Shown: positions 60,587-64,000 of the stretch, piece after piece | How positions within the stretch are numbered: the stretch's first letter is position 1 | How the letters are laid out: each line of letters begins with the position of its first letter | Source of the DNA: Octopus sinensis | Lineage: Eukaryota | Assembly: GCF_006345805.1 (NCBI RefSeq) | Contig: NC_043006.1 | Span: 1,302,001 to 1,366,000 of the forward strand | Reading direction: 5' to 3' | Length of the DNA: 64,000 nt | Made by a program: the position numbers and the translations under genes | The notes under the pieces: model-generated | What the model saw: only the letters and a program-made list of their open reading frames with translations | The model's database searches: none | What the model was told of the DNA's origin: nothing

Positions 60587-61026
60587 TGGAAAGAAGACGG
60601 GAGAGGTATGCAGTAACATATATCTGGAAGATCCTGGAAGGAAATGTGCCAAATTTTGGCAGTGAAAGCTACACCAATGCCAGAACGGGCGACACTGCAT
60701 AGTGCCAAAGATCCCAGTAACGCCATCGCGCTTCAGGACCAGTTACCGCAACAGCCTGGGTTTCAGGGGCCTACAGCTTTTTAATATTCTCCTAAAGAGT
60801 CCTAGGAACCTGCACAAAGTAGATGTAGGAGTTTTTAAATCAAAGCTGGACCTCTTCCTGTCGAGAATCCCAGATGAACCTACCTCACGGCAAGAGGTGC
60901 AAATGAGGGTAGCTATATCAAACTGCATTCTTCACCAAGTGCCACATATTAGAGGAGGCTCCTAGTAATAACAGTGTAGCGCAAAACGGCGGTGCATCAG
61001 CATGGCCGCAGCTCTGAGCTGAAACT
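60587..61026 (+). mobile_element. CR1-group LINE 3' end (ORF2 C-terminus and tail)
   Basis: ERRRERY..IWKILEG, FRGLQLFNIL, FKSKLDLFLSRIPDEP; terminal stem-loop CAGCT-CTG-AGCTG. Confidence 0.8.
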
Positions 61027-61784
61027 AGAGAGAAAAAAATATATTTACAGAGAAAGAGAGAGAGAGAGGGAGAGAGGCAGACACTCACACATTAGGGAAT
61101 GTTTGACAAAAACTTACTCGCTCGCTCACTTTCCTCAAACTGTTTGGTGAAGGCGAGCGAGCAAGCCGACACTTCGAAGTCGCTATCAATCTTTTCCTTG
61201 TAAAAATTAATAAATAACTACTTTACTGAAAAGTATTGAGCAATCCTTCAGTTTTAATGTTAATGTTTTTTGTGTTTTTTTTTATGTATAACCAGAAATA
61301 AAAATCAAACCTTAATACATACATATATGCATAGATATTTGTGTGGGAGGGGTAGGTGTACGCGCACACAATTAACTTGATGTATTGCTAAGATATAACA
61401 AGTCTATTGCTTATAACTGCAAGTGTTGTATTTGCTACAAACCTCGTTTAACTGATTTGAAATATAATGTAAATCACGCAGACAGTGAAACGCTTTAAGA
61501 TTTATATAACGCAACTTCCGCATAATCAGATTGCAAATTCACAAACTTTTCTTATTTGACAATGAAAATTAATGAGCAGGTTTCTGCTGAACGCTTCTTC
61601 TTATAAACACACCTACACACACACATACACACACGCGCGCGCGAGAGCGAGCGCGTGTGTGTGTTATCTTTCATTTCAATTAATCAATGGGCTTACAATC
61701 TCTAGAGAAATCTTCCTTTTAATCATTTTATCAAACTAACCAGTCTGTTTTCTATTTACACACACGACCATACAAACTTACGCA

Positions 61785-61944
61785 TATATATATATATATA
61801 TATATAGTATATATATATATATATATATAATATATATATATATATACCCATATACATATATATATATATTCATGAACATATAAATATGTTTTCGTGTATT
61901 CATATGCATATAAATGTTATATATACATATATATATATATATAC

Positions 61945-62000
<56 letters not shown>

Positions 62001-62106
62001 TATATATATATATATACATACATATATATATCTATATAGATATATATATATCTATATATATATATATATAACATATATATATATATAATATATATATATA
62101 TATTAC

Positions 62107-62138
<32 letters not shown>

Positions 62139-62249
62139 ATATATTAGAGACAAAACATATATATATATATATATATATATACATATTAAATATTATTAGA
62201 GACAAAACATATATATATATAATATTATATATATATATTATAATATATA

Positions 62250-62280
<31 letters not shown>

Positions 62281-62318
62281 CATATAAAATATTATTAGAG
62301 ACAAAACATATATATATA

Positions 62319-62349
<31 letters not shown>

Positions 62350-62450
62350 GATAGATATATATATATATATATCTATATATATATATACATATAATATATA
62401 TATCATATATATATATATGTATATAATATATATTATGTATATATATATAT

Positions 62451-62505
<55 letters not shown>

Positions 62506-62510
62506 GTATA

Positions 62511-62543
<33 letters not shown>

Positions 62544-62691
62544 ATATATATAATATATTATATTATATATACATATATAATATATATCTATATTATATCT
62601 ATATATATATATATATATATATGTATATCTATATATATATATATACAATATATTATATATATTAATATATATATCTATATATATATATCTA

Positions 62692-62733
<42 letters not shown>

Positions 62734-62793
62734 CTATATATATTCTATATATATATATATATCTATATACATATATCTATATATACATATATA

Positions 62794-62831
<38 letters not shown>

Positions 62832-62942
62832 ATATATATATATATCATATATATATATATATCTCTATATATATATATATATTATATATATACATATATT
62901 ATATATATATATACATATCTATATATATACATATACATATAT

Positions 62943-62974
<32 letters not shown>

Positions 62975-63094
62975 CATATACATATTATATACATATATAT
63001 ATATATAATATATATATCTATACATATACCTATATATATATACATATATATATATATACATATACATATATAATATATATATATATATATCATA

Positions 63095-63145
<51 letters not shown>

Positions 63146-63240
63146 ATATATTATATATATACATATATATATATATATCTATATATATATACATATACAT
63201 ATAATATATATATATTATAATATATATACATATATATATG

Positions 63241-63280
<40 letters not shown>

Positions 63281-63442
63281 TTATACATATATATATATAT
63301 ATCTACATATATATATATATATAGATATATATATATATAGTATATATATATATTATATTATATATATATATATATTATATATGTATATATATCTATATAT
63401 GTATATATATATATATATATTATATATGTATATATATATATA

Positions 63443-63477
<35 letters not shown>

Positions 63478-63478
63478 A

Positions 63479-63517
<39 letters not shown>

Positions 63518-64000
63518 TATGTCTATATATCTATATATATAATATATATAATCTATATATATATAATATAATATATATATATAATTATATATATATAATA
63601 ATATATATATATAATATATATACATATATATATGTATTCATGAACATATAAATATGTTTTCGTGTATTCATATGCATATAAATGTTATATATACATATAT
63701 ATATATAGTATATATATATATATTATATATATATATATATATTATATATATATATTATACATATACATATATAATATATATATAATATATACATATATAT
63801 ATATATATAATATATATATATATTATAATATATATACATATAATATATATATATATATAATAATATATATATATATATAATATACATATATATATATATA
63901 TATATACATATAAAATATTATAGAGACAAAACATATATATATATATATATATTATATGTATATATATAATATATAATATATTATATATATACATATTATA
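61785..64000. repeat. More than 2.2 kb of degenerate (TA)n with embedded repeated unique blocks
   Basis: TATTAGAGACAAAACA x4; 55-bp block TTCATGAAC..AAATGTTAT at 61869 and 63637. Confidence 0.95.

Overview
This is AT-rich eukaryotic DNA with no recognisable host exon, rRNA, true tRNA gene or CRISPR array. The very high microsatellite load and the tRNA-derived SINE families suggest an octopus (coleoid cephalopod) intergenic or intronic region; that assignment is inference. Almost every ORF in the supplied track is a translated microsatellite. The real coding content is retroelement-derived: two tandem 5'-truncated L1/Tx1-type LINEs embedded in (GATA)n, a TSD-flanked 2.0-kb ORF1-only element, a young RTE LINE, an RTE 3' fragment with three C2H2 fingers, a decayed Gypsy integrase with LTR, and CR1-type relics. 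The most notable observations are: (1) an apparently (GATA)n-targeting Tx1-like LINE whose 3' end is shared by the ORF1-only element and a SINE subfamily; (2) several minimal type I hammerhead ribozymes, one in a 463-bp tandem unit resembling a Penelope pLTR or retrozyme; (3) modular, self-nesting SINEs whose tails match LINEs in the same window. All alignments and RNA folds were done by eye. Frameshifts in homopolymers and irregular (TA)n tracts could be assembly errors. SINE labels A-D are my own.
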